Assembly: GCA_047602405.1 (NCBI GenBank)
Contig: JASGHJ010000002.1
Span: 1,088,001 to 1,152,000, forward strand
Length of the DNA stretch: 64,000 nucleotides
Direction: 5' to 3'
DNA from: Anaeromyxobacteraceae bacterium
GTDB lineage: Bacteria > Myxococcota > Myxococcia > Myxococcales > Anaeromyxobacteraceae
Shown here: positions 53,586-64,000 of the stretch, piece by piece
Layout: every line of letters begins with the position of its first letter
Numbering within the stretch: position 1 is the stretch's first letter
Position numbers and translations under genes: made by a program
The notes under the pieces: model-generated
What the model was told of the DNA's origin: nothing
Database searches by the model: none
What the model saw: the letters and a program-made list of their open reading frames with translations, nothing else

Positions 53586-55706
53586 GGCGCCCCGGCCGCG
53601 GCGCTCACCTCGACCGGCACGCCGGAGAGCGCCGCGGTGCCGCTGAGCGGGTCCACGAGCACCTCGTCCGTCACGTCGTTCACGCTCGCGCCGCCCGCCG
53701 CGGCCGCCACCCGCAGCGCGACCCCGGGGCGGTCGTGGCCGAAGCCGTGCGGGAGCGACACCACGCCGGGCGCGATCTCGTCCGAGACCCGGAGCGGCAC
53801 CTCGATCGCGCCGGCCCGAGAGGAGAGGCGCACCGTGGCGCCGTCCGCGAGGCCGCGCCGGGCGGCGTCGTCGGGGTGCATGAGGAGCGTGCACGCGGGC
53901 GGCCCCTTCACGAGGCGGGGGCTGTTCCCGAGCCAGGAGTTGTTCGAGCGGAGCGTCCTCCGGCCGACGAGCACGAGGCCGTCGGGCGGCGCGCCGAGGT
54001 CCGCCTCCACGGCGGCGAGCCCCGCCGCGAGGCGCGGGGGCGCGAGGGCGACCCTCCGGTCCGGCGTCCCGAGCGCCCGGGCGAGCGCGCCCGGGCGGAG
54101 CGGGCCGAGGTCGAGGCCGTGCGGCGCGGCCCGGAGCCTCGCGAGGGAGAGCCGGTGAGGGCCGGTCCTGAGCAGGAGGTCGAGCACCCGCCGGGGCCCG
54201 AACGCCCGCAGCGCGCGCAGCGCGAGCGCGGGGCCGAGCTTCCGGCGCCCACCGCCGCGGGCGTGGAGGCGCAGCCCGAGCTCGGACAGGACCTGCCAGT
54301 CGTGCCGCACGCCCGGCGGGGGCTCGACCACCGCCTCCACCCACCGCGCCGCGTTGTGGCCCGCGAGCGCGTAGAAGGCGAGGTCGTGGTGGTCGCGCTC
54401 GGGCCCGAAGCTCGTCGGCAGGACGAGGTGCGCGTGCCGGGTCGTCGCGTTCACGTAGAGGTCGATGGAGACCATGAAGTCGAGCTTCGGGAGGGCGCGC
54501 TCGAGGCGGCGCCCGTTCGGCGCGGAGTGGACCGGGTTGCCCGCGTACGTGACGAGCCCGCGCACCTGGCCTTCGCCGGGCGTCTCAATCTCCTCGGCGA
54601 GCGTCGCCGCGGGGAGCTCCCCGCCGAACTCCGGGAGCCCGCGCACCCGGCTCCGCCACCGCCCGAAGCTCCCGCGCTCGCCCAGCCGCGAGGCGAGGCC
54701 GACGAGGTCGGCGGCGGGCGTCGCGATCATCGCGCCGCCCTCGACGTCGAGGTTGCCGGTGACGGCGTTGAGCGCGAGGAGCAGCCAGGCCGCGACGCCG
54801 CCGTGCACCTGCGTGCAGAGCCCCACGCGGCCGTAGGCGACCGCGGGCCGGGCCGCGGCGAACGCCCGCGCGAGCGCGCGGATGCGCCCGGGCGCGAGGC
54901 CGGTGCGCGCGGCCACCCGCTCGGGCGTGAACGGCGCCACCGCGGCGCGGAGCGCCTCCAGGCCCGAGAGCGGGAGCGCGGAAGGGCGGGGCGGCCCGTC
55001 CGCGAGGATCACCTGGACGAGCGCGGCGAGGAGCGCCGCGTCGCCGCCCGGGCGGAATCGCGAGGTGCTCGTCCGCGAGGGCGGCGGTCTCGGTCCGGCG
55101 GGGGTCGACGACCACCACCCGTCCGCCCCGGGCGCGCAGCGCCTTCAGCCGGTCGGCGACGCCGGGGAGGGTGAGCAGGCTCCCGTTCGACACCGCTGGG
55201 TTCGCGCCGAGGACGAGCAGGAACCGGGTGCGCTCGACGTCGGGGACCGTCATGAGGAGCTGGTGTCCGAGGACCTCGAGCGCCGCCAGCATCTGGGGCT
55301 GCTGATCGAGCGAGGTCGCGGAGAAGCGCGCCCGGCTGCCGAGCAGCTTCGAGAGGAGCGGGACGGTGAGGAGCGCCGAGTAGCTGTGGACCGACGGGTT
55401 GCCGAGGTAGAGCCCGACGGCGGAACGCCCGTGCGCGCGCTGGAGGGCGGCGAGCCGGGTGGCGGCCTCGTCGAGCGCCTCGTCCCAGCCAATCTCCACG
55501 AACCGGTCGCCGACGCGCCGGAGCGGCGCGCGCACGCGATCGGGGTCGGCGACGACGTCGGGGATCGCCGCCGCCTTCGGGCAGAGGTGGCCGCGGCTGA
55601 AGGGGTCGTCGCGGTCGCCGCGCACGGAGCGGATGGTGCCGTCCTCGACCTCGAGCGAGAGGCCGCAGACGGCCTCGCAGAGCACGCAGGTGTGGAGCCG
55701 GGTCAC
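53582..55706 (-). CDS. Cytoplasmic molybdopterin oxidoreductase, with a +1 frameshift near 55056
   Basis: CVLCEAVC...CPK, SATSLDQ, DPRRTETA; C-terminal RSNNSW, MHPDDA, PHGFGH; length 2125 = 3n+1. Confidence 0.87.
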
Positions 55707-56749
55707 GACTCGCCCGCTCCGGCGGGAGCCTGCTCCATCCGGCCGTCGACGTGCCGCGCGAAGCGGCCCTGGTCGCGGGGGAACACCGGCTCCTCGCTCG
55801 ACCAGGGCCAGCCGCCGAAGCGGGTCCGCTGGTAGTCGCGGAACGCCTGCTGCAGCTCCTGCTCGGTGTTCATGACGAACGGGCCGTAGTGCGCGACCTC
55901 CTCGCCGATGGGGCGGCCCTGGAGGACGAGCAGCTCGGCCTCGTCCGGCCCGGCCTCGAGCGAGAAGGGCACCTCCCCGCGCACCTCGAGCCCGGCGTGG
56001 CCGGGGACCTCGTGGCCGGCGGCCTTCAGCCCCGTGCCGCGGAAGAAGTAGAGGGTGCGGTTCACCCCCGCGGGCGCGGCCGGCAGGGTGAAGCGCGCCC
56101 CGGGCGCGAGCCGCAGCGTCCAGACCGCGACGTGCGCGTCGGCGCGGGCCGCCCAGGAGCGCGGCGGCGGGGCAGGCGGGCGGGCGCCCTCGAGCCGGCC
56201 GGCGACGACGGTCACCTCCACCTCGCGGCCGGCCTCGTCGCGCTCCACGTGGCGGGGCACCGAGGGCGCCCAGAACATCGCGAAGTGCGGCGGCGCCATC
56301 TTGTCGGCCGCCGGGAGGTTGAGCCAGATCTGGAAGAGCTCGAGCGTGTTCGGAGCGCCCGGGTCGAGGAGCGGGAACATCTCGGAGTGCTGGATGCCCG
56401 CGCCCGCCGTGAGCCACTGCACGTCGCCGTGGCCGTACCGCGCCATCGCGCCGAGCGAGTCGGAGTGGTCGACGAGCCCGCGGCGCACGACGGTGATGGT
56501 CTCGAAGCCGCGGTGCGGGTGGCCGGGGAAGCCCGGCACCCGCGCCCCGTGGTACATGCGCCAGCCGTCCTTGCCCGCGAAGTCCTGGCCGAGGTCCCGG
56601 CCCTCGAGCGACGCGGCCGGCCCGAGCACCTCGTTGCCCGCGGGGTAGAGGTCGAGGTGGTGGACGCAGAAGAGGAACGGATCCTGCGTCTCCCACGGGA
56701 AGCCGAGGCGGAGGGCGCGGAGGATCTCGCCCGTCGGAGGAGGGGCCAT
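55703..56749 (-). CDS. Pirin family protein
   Basis: DPFLF, HPHRGFETIT, WLTAGAGIQHSE, QIWLNLP, GPFVMN. Confidence 0.93.
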   Translation of the reverse strand: MAPPPTGEILRALRLGFPWETQDPFLFCVHHLDLYPAGNEVLGPAASLEGRDLGQDFAGKDGWRMYHGARVPGFPGHPHRGFETITVVRRGLVDHSDSLGAMARYGHGDVQWLTAGAGIQHSEMFPLLDPGAPNTLELFQIWLNLPAADKMAPPHFAMFWAPSVPRHVERDEAGREVEVTVVAGRLEGARPPAPPPRSWAARADAHVAVWTLRLAPGARFTLPAAPAGVNRTLYFFRGTGLKAAGHEVPGHAGLEVRGEVPFSLEAGPDEAELLVLQGRPIGEEVAHYGPFVMNTEQELQQAFRDYQRTRFGGWPWSSEEPVFPRDQGRFARHVDGRMEQAPAGAGES

Positions 56750-56832
56750 GCCGGTGTCCTGCCCCGATACCCTTCCGGGCGCAACGCCATCCTTGGGCTG
56801 CCCGCCTGGCCCCCTTATGCCTCTCTGACGCC

Positions 56833-57423
56833 ATGACCCGAGGCCGGCTCGAAGCGTTCAGCGATGGCGTCATCGCCATCATCATCACGATCATGGTCCT
56901 CGAGCTGAGGCCGCCCCACGGCCACGCGCTCGAGGATCTCGCCCCGCTGCTCCCGAAGTTCCTGAGCTACCTGCTGTCGTTCGTCTTCGTGGCGATCTAC
57001 TGGAACAACCACCACCACCTGCTCCACACCGTCGAGCGGGTGAACGGCCGGATCCTGTGGGCCAACATGCACCTGCTCTTCTGGCTCTCGACGGTGCCCT
57101 TCGTCACGGCCTGGATGGACGAGGCGGGCGGGACGCCGGTGCCGGTCGCGCTCTACGGCGGCGTGCTCCTCCTCTGCGCCGTCGCGTACTCGGTGCTCGT
57201 CGTGGTGCTGGTCGCCGCGCACGGCCCGGAGTCGCGCCTCGCGCGGGCGCTCGGCTCGGACCTGAAGAGCAAGCTCTCGCTCGCCGCCTACGTGATGGCG
57301 ATCCCGCTCGCGTTCGTCTCGACGTGGCTCTCCTACGGCCTCTTCGTCGCGGTGGCGCTGGCGTGGTTCGTGCCGGACCTGCGGCTCGAGCGCACGGTGG
57401 AGCGCGGCCCCGCCGCAGGCTGA
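56833..57423 (+). CDS. TMEM175 family K+ channel
   Basis: RLEAFSDGVIAIIITIM, YWNNHHH. Confidence 0.9.
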   Translation: MTRGRLEAFSDGVIAIIITIMVLELRPPHGHALEDLAPLLPKFLSYLLSFVFVAIYWNNHHHLLHTVERVNGRILWANMHLLFWLSTVPFVTAWMDEAGGTPVPVALYGGVLLLCAVAYSVLVVVLVAAHGPESRLARALGSDLKSKLSLAAYVMAIPLAFVSTWLSYGLFVAVALAWFVPDLRLERTVERGPAAG

Positions 57424-57437
57424 AGGCCCGCCGTCGC

Positions 57438-58370
57438 TCAGGCGCGCGCGGCGGCCTCGATCCTCGCGTACCGCTCCTTCAGCACCTCGCCCACCGCCTT
57501 CAGCGCGGGCTCGACCGCGGCGCCGCGCCGCCAGACGAGCGCGAGCGTGCGGGAGGGCGCGCGGCCCGGCGAGAAGGGCCGGACCTCGAGCGCGTGGCGG
57601 CGGTTCTCGACCGGGAGCGCGAGGGAGGGGAGGAGGGTGACGCCCGCGCCGCCCGCGGCCATCTGCACGAGCGTCGCCAGGCTCGTGGCGCGGTAGCCGG
57701 CCTCGCCGGCGCCGGCGCGGGAGCAGAACGCGAGGGCCTGGTCGCGGAAGCAGTGCCCGTCGTCGAGGAAGAGCACCTGCTCGCCGTCGAGCTCGCGCGG
57801 ATCGAGCGAGCGGCGGGCGCTCGCCAGCCGGTGGCCGGCCGGGGCGGCGAAGACGAAGGGGTCCTTGCCGAGCACCACCCGGGGCAGGTCGCCGAGCTCC
57901 GCCTCGAGCGCCACGAGCGCGCCGTCGAGCTCGGCCCGGCCGAGCTGCTCGACGAGGGTGGCGGTCTTGTCCTCGGTCCACAGGAAGACGAGCCGCGGGA
58001 AGCGGGCGCGCAGCGCGGGGGCGACCTCGGGGAGGAGGTAGGGGCCGACCGTCGGGATCACGCCGAGCCGCAGGGGCCCCGCGAGCGGATCGCCGAGCGT
58101 GCGCGCGGCGTCGACGAGGGCATCGGCCTCGAGGAGGATGGCGCGGGCGCGCGCCACGAACGCGAGCCCCGCCGCGGTGGTCACCACCCGCCGGCGATCG
58201 CGCTCGAAGAGCCGCACCCCGAGCACGTCCTCGACCTGGGCGAGCTGGGCCGACAGCGAGGGCTGGGCGACCCGGCAGGCCTCGGCGGCCTGGCGGAAGC
58301 TGCGCCGGTCCGCGACGGCGACCACGTACTGCAGCTGGCGCAGCGTGAACGGGTGCGGGGCGAGGTTCAT
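57438..58370 (-). CDS. oxyR: OxyR-type LysR regulator
   Basis: LysR HTH; LDDGHCFRDQALAFC with both redox cysteines; ATSLATL. Confidence 0.85.
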   Translation of the reverse strand: MNLAPHPFTLRQLQYVVAVADRRSFRQAAEACRVAQPSLSAQLAQVEDVLGVRLFERDRRRVVTTAAGLAFVARARAILLEADALVDAARTLGDPLAGPLRLGVIPTVGPYLLPEVAPALRARFPRLVFLWTEDKTATLVEQLGRAELDGALVALEAELGDLPRVVLGKDPFVFAAPAGHRLASARRSLDPRELDGEQVLFLDDGHCFRDQALAFCSRAGAGEAGYRATSLATLVQMAAGGAGVTLLPSLALPVENRRHALEVRPFSPGRAPSRTLALVWRRGAAVEPALKAVGEVLKERYARIEAAARA

Positions 58371-58371
58371 G

Positions 58372-58417
58372 ACAGCATGAACCTATCACAGTGGTAAGAA
58401 CGATGTCATGGAGCTAT
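58372..58417. promoter_or_regulatory. Degenerate OxyR-type box
   Basis: ACAG-N7-CTAT and ATGT-N7-CTAT in the AT-richer divergent intergenic region. Confidence 0.5.
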
Positions 58418-58459
58418 CAGGGCGACGGGGGCATGCTCCCTGGACGAAAGGAGAACACC

Positions 58460-59038
58460 ATGGCCACCGCCCTCCTCCTCGGCGCGGGCTCCGGCGCGCT
58501 GCACGCGGTCACCGGGCCGGACCACGTCCTCTCGCTCGGGCCGGTCGCGCTCCGCCGCGCCCGCGGATCGTGGCGGGTGGGGATGGCGTGGGGCCTCGGC
58601 CACGCGCTCGGCACGCTCGTCCTCGCCGTGCCCGCGCTCGTCCTCGCCGGGCTCGTCCAGGTGCCCGCGCTCGCCGCCTGGGGTGACCGCCTCGCGGGCG
58701 TCGCGCTCATCGGCACCGCGGCCTGGTCCTGGCGCTCCATGCGCCGCCGCGCGGACGGCGAGCCGGACGGCCGGAACCCGGGGCTCGTGGGCTTCGTCCA
58801 CGGCGCGACCGGCGCGGGGAGCCTCGTCCTCGTGCTGCCGGTGCTCCTCACCGGCTCGACGGGCCGGTCGCTCGCGTTCCTCGTCGCGTTTTCACTCGGG
58901 AGCACGCTCGCGATGTCCGGCCTCACCGCCGCGATCGCCCGGGTGGGCGCGCGGCTCGAGGGCCGCGTCGTGGCCCGGCTGCAGCGCGCGATGGTCGCCG
59001 CGTCGCTCGCGCTCGGGGCGGCGTGGGTGGTGATCTAG
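58460..59038 (+). CDS. UreH/NiCoT-like membrane protein
   Basis: LHAVTGPDH, WGLGH and GFVHG motifs; AAAGGAG SD. Confidence 0.7.
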   Translation: MATALLLGAGSGALHAVTGPDHVLSLGPVALRRARGSWRVGMAWGLGHALGTLVLAVPALVLAGLVQVPALAAWGDRLAGVALIGTAAWSWRSMRRRADGEPDGRNPGLVGFVHGATGAGSLVLVLPVLLTGSTGRSLAFLVAFSLGSTLAMSGLTAAIARVGARLEGRVVARLQRAMVAASLALGAAWVVI

Positions 59039-59051
59039 GCCCTCACCCGGC

Positions 59052-60026
59052 TCATCCGAAGTGGTACGCCGACAGCTCGAGGTCCGCGATGGTGCCGCGC
59101 CACGCGACCCGGCCGCGGTCGGCGCCCGCGGCGCCGGCGACGACCATGAGCGGGAGCAGGTGCTCCTCCCGCGGGTGGCAGAGGCGCGCCGCGGGGGCCT
59201 CCTCCCAGCGCACGAGCGCGGCGTCGCGCGCCGCGGGCTCGGCGGTGCCCGCCTCGCGGAGCCAGGCGTCGAAGGCCGCCGCCACCGGGGCCGCGCCGGG
59301 CTGGAAGAAGCCGCGCAGGTTGTGGAAGGTCATGCCCGAGCCCACGATGAGCACGCCCTCGTCGCGCAGCGGCGCGAGCGCCTTGCCGATCGCGAGGTGC
59401 TCGGCCGGATCGAGCCCCGCGCGCAGCGAGAGCTGCACGGTGGGCAGCTCGGCGCCCGGAAAGGCGACCTTGAGCGGCACGAACGCGCCGTGGTCGAAGC
59501 CGCGGGCCCGGTCCTCGCCCGACTTCAGGCCCGCCGCGCCGAGGAGCGCGCGCACGCGGGCCGCGAGCGCGGGGCTGCCGGGCGCCGGCCAGGTGATCCG
59601 GTACGACTCGGGCGGGAAGCCGGAGTAGTCGTAGAGCATCGGCGGCCGCGGCGAGGTCATCACCGTGGGCTCCGGCTCCTCCCAGTGCGCGGACACGCAG
59701 AGGATCGCCGCCGGGCGGCGGCCGGCCACCTCCGCGATCGAGCGCAGGTAGCCCGCCATCGCGTCCTGCTCGGCCTGCGTGCCGATGCCGGTCTCGACGA
59801 ACGGCCACGGTCCACCGCCGTGGGGCAGGAAGACGACGGGCATCCGGCGGAGCGCGTCCTTGCCGCCCTGGCCGTGCGAGCCCGGGGTCGCGGCGGGGGA
59901 GGGCGCGGCGGAGCTCCCGCCGGCCACGGCGTTGCCTGCCGCGGCGAGGACCGCGGCGCCCGCGCCGGCGATGCCGGCGACCAGGGCCTCCCGGCGGGTG
60001 AGCCCATCCTGACGTTCGTTCTTCAT
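59052..60026 (-). CDS. DODA/LigB-type extradiol dioxygenase with a Tat-like leader
   Basis: LTRREAL; PHGGGP, SAHWE, RGFDHG, GSGMTFHNL, HPREEHL. Confidence 0.88.
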   Translation of the reverse strand: MKNERQDGLTRREALVAGIAGAGAAVLAAAGNAVAGGSSAAPSPAATPGSHGQGGKDALRRMPVVFLPHGGGPWPFVETGIGTQAEQDAMAGYLRSIAEVAGRRPAAILCVSAHWEEPEPTVMTSPRPPMLYDYSGFPPESYRITWPAPGSPALAARVRALLGAAGLKSGEDRARGFDHGAFVPLKVAFPGAELPTVQLSLRAGLDPAEHLAIGKALAPLRDEGVLIVGSGMTFHNLRGFFQPGAAPVAAAFDAWLREAGTAEPAARDAALVRWEEAPAARLCHPREEHLLPLMVVAGAAGADRGRVAWRGTIADLELSAYHFG

Positions 60027-60164
60027 GCCCGCAGTCCTAACGCCCGGGCCGGCCGCGCACCAGCCGCCCGGGGCGGGAATGATCGTTCCGGTGGCGGAAC
60101 GATCTCCCGGGGCCCGGGACCGCGCTCCCCGGCGTCGAGGGCCGCCGGCCCCGCGGCCCCGAGC

Positions 60165-62540
60165 CTACAGCCGGGCGCGGCCCAGCCGGAGCGCGTTCCC
60201 GATGACCGAGACCGACGAGAACGCCATGGCCGCGGAGGCGAGCATCGGGCCCACGAGCACGCCCGTGAACGGGAACGCGAGCCCGGCCGCGAGCGGCACG
60301 CCGAGCGCGTTGTAGCCGAACGCGAACGCGAGGTTCTGCCGGACGTTGCGCAGGACCGCCGCCGACAGCCGCCGCGCCCGGACGATCCCCTCGAGGTCGC
60401 CCTTCACGAGCGTCACCGCGGCCGTGTGCAGCGCCACGTCGGTGCCGGTGCCCATCGCGACGCCCACGTCCGCGAGCGCCAGGGCGGGGGCGTCGTTGGC
60501 GCCGTCGCCGGCCATGGCGACGCGCCGGCCCTCGGCCTTCAGGCGCGCCACGAGCGCGCCCTTCTCGTGCGGGAGGACGCCCGCGTGGACCTCGTCGATC
60601 CCGAGGCGGCGCGCGACCGCCTCGGCCGTCGCCCGGGCGTCGCCCGTGGCCATCACGATCCGCAGCCCGGCCTCGCGGAGCGCCCGGAGCGCCGAGGCGG
60701 CCGACGGCTTCACGGGATCCGCCACCGCGAGGAGCCCGGCCGCCTCGCCGTCGATCGCGACGAGGACCACCGTCTGCCCCTCCGCCCGCAGCGCTGCGGC
60801 CCGGGCCGCGAGGGGCCCGGCGTCGACGCCGAGCCGCGCGAGGAGCGCCTCGTTCCCGAGCGCGACCCGGTGCCCGTCCACCGCGCCCACCACGCCCTCG
60901 CCGGTGAAGGACTCGAACCCCTCCGCGCGCGCCACGACCACGCCCCGTGCCCCGGCGCCGGCGACGATCGCGGCGGCGAGGGGGTGCTCGCTCGCGCGCT
61001 CGAGCCCGGCCGCGAGCGCGAGGAGCCGCGCCTCGCCCCACCGCCCGGCCGTCTCGACCGCGGACAGCACCGGCCGGCCCTCGGTGAGCGTGCCGGTCTT
61101 GTCGAGGACGAGCGTGTCGACCTTCGCGAGGAGCTCGAGCGCCTGCGCGTCGCGGAACAGCACGCCCGCCTGCGCGCCGCGCCCGGTGCCGACCATGACC
61201 GACATCGGGGTCGCGAGCCCGAGCGCGCAGGGGCAGGCGATGATGAGCACGGCGACCGCGTTCACGAGCGCGTAGGCGAGCCGGGGCTCGGGGCCGAAGA
61301 GGCTCCACACGATCGCGGTGAGGGCGGCGGCCGCCACCACGGCGGGGACGAAGACCGACGAGACCCGGTCGGCGAGCCGCTGCACCGGCGCGCGGCTGCG
61401 CTGGGCCTCCGACACGAGCTGGACGATCCGGGCGAGCAGCGTCTCCCGGCCGACCTTGCGCGCCTCCATGACGAGGGCACCGGTGCCGTTGAGCGTGCCG
61501 CCGGTGAGCGGCGCGCCGGCCACCTTCTCGGCCGGGAGGGGCTCGCCGGTGACCGACGACTCGTCCACCGCGCTGCGGCCCTCGAGCACGACGCCGTCCA
61601 CCGGCACGCGCTCGTGAGGGCGGACCCGCAGCCGGTCGCCCGGGACCACCGCGTCGAGCGGCACGTCCTCCTCGCCGCCGTCCGGGCGGAGGCGCCGCGC
61701 CGTCTTCGGCGCGAGGCCGAGCAGGGCCCGGATGGCCGAGGACGTCGCGTGCCGCGCCCTGAGCTCGAGCACCTGGCCGACGAGCACGAGCGTGACGATC
61801 ACCGCCGCCGCCTCGAAGTAGACGTGCGGGGCTCCGCCCCGGTGCAGGCCGTGGGGGAGGATCCCCGGCGCGAGCGTCGCGACCACGCTGAACCCGAACG
61901 CCGCCGCCGTCCCGAGGGCGATGAGCGTGAACATGTTCAGGTGCCGCGACACCACCGAGGCCCAGCCCCGCTCGAAGAACGGCCAGCCGCCCCACAGCAC
62001 GACCGGGGCCGAGAGCGCGAGCTGGAGGAGGTTCCCCGTGGCCGGCGGGATCACCGCCTGGACCGGCTGGCCCGGGAGGAGGTCGCTCATGGCGAGGGCG
62101 AAGGTCGGGAGGGTGAGCGCCGCCGAGAGCCACAGGCGCCGCGACATGTCGCGCAGCTCCGGGTTCTCGGCCTCGTCCGCGGTGACCTCGCGCGGCTCGA
62201 GCGCCATGCCGCAGATCGGGCAGGCGCCGGGGCCGACCTGCACGATCTCCGGGTGCATGGGGCAGGTGTACTCGCGGAGGTCGGCCTGGCCCGTGGGGGC
62301 CGGGGGCGCGGCCGAGCTCGCGGCGGGGACGCTCGCCCGGGCGAGGTACCTCGCGGGCTCCGCGACGAACTTCGCGCGGCAGCGCGCGCTGCAGAAGTGG
62401 AAGGTCTCACCGCCGTGGACGGCCGAGCCGCCCTTCGGTGCGGACGGATCCACGGTCATGCCGCAGACGGGGTCGATCGCGCGGGGCGTGGTCAAGGGCG
62501 GACGGTGGGCATGGGCGTGGGCGTGGGCGTGATGCTTCAT
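60165..62540 (-). CDS. copA: Cu(I)-type P1B ATPase with His-rich N-terminus, YHS and CPMHP domains
   Basis: DPVCGM...FCSARC, YTCPMHP...CPICGM, TGE, CPC, DKTGT, YN, MAFSS. Confidence 0.93.
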   Translation of the reverse strand: MKHHAHAHAHAHRPPLTTPRAIDPVCGMTVDPSAPKGGSAVHGGETFHFCSARCRAKFVAEPARYLARASVPAASSAAPPAPTGQADLREYTCPMHPEIVQVGPGACPICGMALEPREVTADEAENPELRDMSRRLWLSAALTLPTFALAMSDLLPGQPVQAVIPPATGNLLQLALSAPVVLWGGWPFFERGWASVVSRHLNMFTLIALGTAAAFGFSVVATLAPGILPHGLHRGGAPHVYFEAAAVIVTLVLVGQVLELRARHATSSAIRALLGLAPKTARRLRPDGGEEDVPLDAVVPGDRLRVRPHERVPVDGVVLEGRSAVDESSVTGEPLPAEKVAGAPLTGGTLNGTGALVMEARKVGRETLLARIVQLVSEAQRSRAPVQRLADRVSSVFVPAVVAAAALTAIVWSLFGPEPRLAYALVNAVAVLIIACPCALGLATPMSVMVGTGRGAQAGVLFRDAQALELLAKVDTLVLDKTGTLTEGRPVLSAVETAGRWGEARLLALAAGLERASEHPLAAAIVAGAGARGVVVARAEGFESFTGEGVVGAVDGHRVALGNEALLARLGVDAGPLAARAAALRAEGQTVVLVAIDGEAAGLLAVADPVKPSAASALRALREAGLRIVMATGDARATAEAVARRLGIDEVHAGVLPHEKGALVARLKAEGRRVAMAGDGANDAPALALADVGVAMGTGTDVALHTAAVTLVKGDLEGIVRARRLSAAVLRNVRQNLAFAFGYNALGVPLAAGLAFPFTGVLVGPMLASAAMAFSSVSVIGNALRLGRARL

Positions 62541-62572
62541 GGTGGGGGTCCTCCGGTCGGTTCGCCCCTGCT

Positions 62573-62598
62573 GACGCACGGCCCCCGGCGGCCTTACA
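62573..62598 (-). promoter_or_regulatory. Candidate ECF promoter for copA
   Basis: The minus strand reads TGTAAG-N16-CGTC upstream of a GGAGG SD. Confidence 0.5.
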
Positions 62599-62641
62599 CC
62601 CGGGTGCTGCGCCCGGGCGGGGCCCCGGCTACACGAGCGGG

Positions 62642-63202
62642 GTGCAGCCCGCGCTCCGCTCCTCCGCACCCGCACCCGAGGTGGTCGCCCGCCTCGTCGG
62701 GAGCCACCGCGCCTTCCTCGGCTTCCTCGAGAAGCGCCTGCCGAGCCGCGCCGCCGCGGAGGAGGTCCTGCAGGACGCGTTCGTCCGGACGATGGAGCGC
62801 GGCGGGGAGCTCCGGGACGGGGAGGGCGCCGTCGCCTGGTTCTACCGGCTCCTGCGGAACGCCATCGCCGACTGGTACCGCCGGGGCGGCGCCGAGGCGC
62901 GGGCGCTCGAGCGCGAGGCCCGCGAGGCGACCGAGGCGGACGAGCCGGAGCTCCGGCGGGTCATCTGCGCGTGCATGGGCGACCTCATCACCGACCTGAA
63001 GCCGGAGTACGCGGACCTGCTGCGGCGCGTGGACCTCGAGGAGGTCCCGGTCGCGGACGCGGCGGCGGCGCTCGACATCACGGTGAACAACGCGCACGTG
63101 CGGCTCCACCGCGCCCGCCGGGCGCTGAAGGGCCGGCTCGAGGCCTCCTGCGGGACCTGCGCCACGCACGGCTGCCTCGACTGCACCTGCGGCCGGGGCT
63201 GA
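62642..63202 (+). CDS. CorE-like ECF sigma factor with Cys-rich C-terminal domain
   Basis: [21 protein letters not shown] (CxC), [24 protein letters not shown]. Confidence 0.87.
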   Translation: MQPALRSSAPAPEVVARLVGSHRAFLGFLEKRLPSRAAAEEVLQDAFVRTMERGGELRDGEGAVAWFYRLLRNAIADWYRRGGAEARALEREAREATEADEPELRRVICACMGDLITDLKPEYADLLRRVDLEEVPVADAAAALDITVNNAHVRLHRARRALKGRLEASCGTCATHGCLDCTCGRG

Positions 63203-63239
63203 TGTACGCACGGTGAACCCCGCGGAAGGAGAGGGCGTG

Positions 63240-63941
63240 ATGGGCAGGTTCGACGGCAGGAACATCCTCGTCGCCGGGGGCGCGGGCGCGCTCGGCGCGA
63301 GCGTCTCCCTCGCGTTCCTCGCCGAGGGCGCGGCGGTGACGGTGACCGGGCGGAGCCGCGAGCCCTTCGAGCGGCTGCGCGCGTCCGCGGGCGCCGCGGG
63401 CGCGCGGCTCGCGTTCCACGCCGCCGACGCCGGCGACCCCGCGCAGGCGGCCGCGGCGGTGGCGGCTGCGGCCCGCGGCGGCCGGCTCCACGCGGTGGTG
63501 AGCACCGTCGGCGGCTGGGCGGGCGGCGCGCCGTTGGCGGACGATCCGCCGGAGCGCCTCGCCGCCATGGTGGCCGCGAACCTCGTCCCCACCCACGCGC
63601 TCCTCAGGGCCGCCGCGCCCGCGCTCGCGGGCGGCGGCGCGTTCGTCGAGATCGCCTCGCTCGCCGCGGTGGGACCGCAGCCCGGCCAGGCGGCCTACGC
63701 CGCCACGAAGGCGGCCGCCCTGTCGCTCGTCCTCTCCGCCGCCGAGGAGCTGCGCGCCCGCGGCGTGCGGGTCAACGCGGTCCTGCCCGGGACCATGGAC
63801 ACCGAGGCGAACCGCCGGGCCATGCCGGGGGCGGATCGTCAGGGCTGGGTGAGCACCCAAGCCGTCGCCAGCACGGTGCTTTTCCTCTGCTCGGAGGAGG
63901 CGTCCGCGGTGTCCGGGGCGGCCATCCCCGTCCGGCGTTGA
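63240..63941 (+). CDS. Short-chain dehydrogenase/reductase
   Basis: GGAGALG, YAATK, VNAVLPG. Confidence 0.9.
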   Translation: MGRFDGRNILVAGGAGALGASVSLAFLAEGAAVTVTGRSREPFERLRASAGAAGARLAFHAADAGDPAQAAAAVAAAARGGRLHAVVSTVGGWAGGAPLADDPPERLAAMVAANLVPTHALLRAAAPALAGGGAFVEIASLAAVGPQPGQAAYAATKAAALSLVLSAAEELRARGVRVNAVLPGTMDTEANRRAMPGADRQGWVSTQAVASTVLFLCSEEASAVSGAAIPVRR

Positions 63942-64000
63942 CCCAAGAATCGGTTCGGCCTCCCGGCGCGGCGCTGGCCATGGTAAGAGGCTGACGCGAC

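Overview
High-GC genomic window from an Anaeromyxobacter-like myxobacterium (Myxococcota), judged from my recognition of the 16S sequence and the gene content. From left to right it holds: (1) a lipoprotein M1 aminopeptidase running off the left edge; (2) an ArsR-led sulfur-respiration operon (psrA/phsA-like, psrB, two YeeE/YedE proteins, the second fused to a rhodanese-like domain and a C-terminal GGGCSG tail, and psrC/nrfD); (3) a lipid A/LPS core cluster (lpxB, msbA, waaA, GT9, lpxK, lpxL, split hldE) interrupted by marC and an EF-G paralogue; (4) yicC-gmk; (5) a full rrn operon (16S, tRNA-Ile, tRNA-Ala, 23S, 5S) preceded by six tandem promoter units; (6) mtnP, udgX and a TetR-MFP-RND-NUDIX unit; (7) a nine-gene V/A-type ATPase operon; (8) a redox/metal stress region (SufS-like, Hsp20, GMC oxidase, redoxin plus DsbD-N-like, pirin plus Mo-enzyme, TMEM175, OxyR, UreH-like, Tat-DODA, CopA with a CorE-like ECF sigma). 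Four genes carry single +1 frameshifts, three of them inside GATC, which are probably sequencing artefacts. No CRISPR array, transposase or prophage was seen. All functional calls come from motif recognition by eye, not from database searches.
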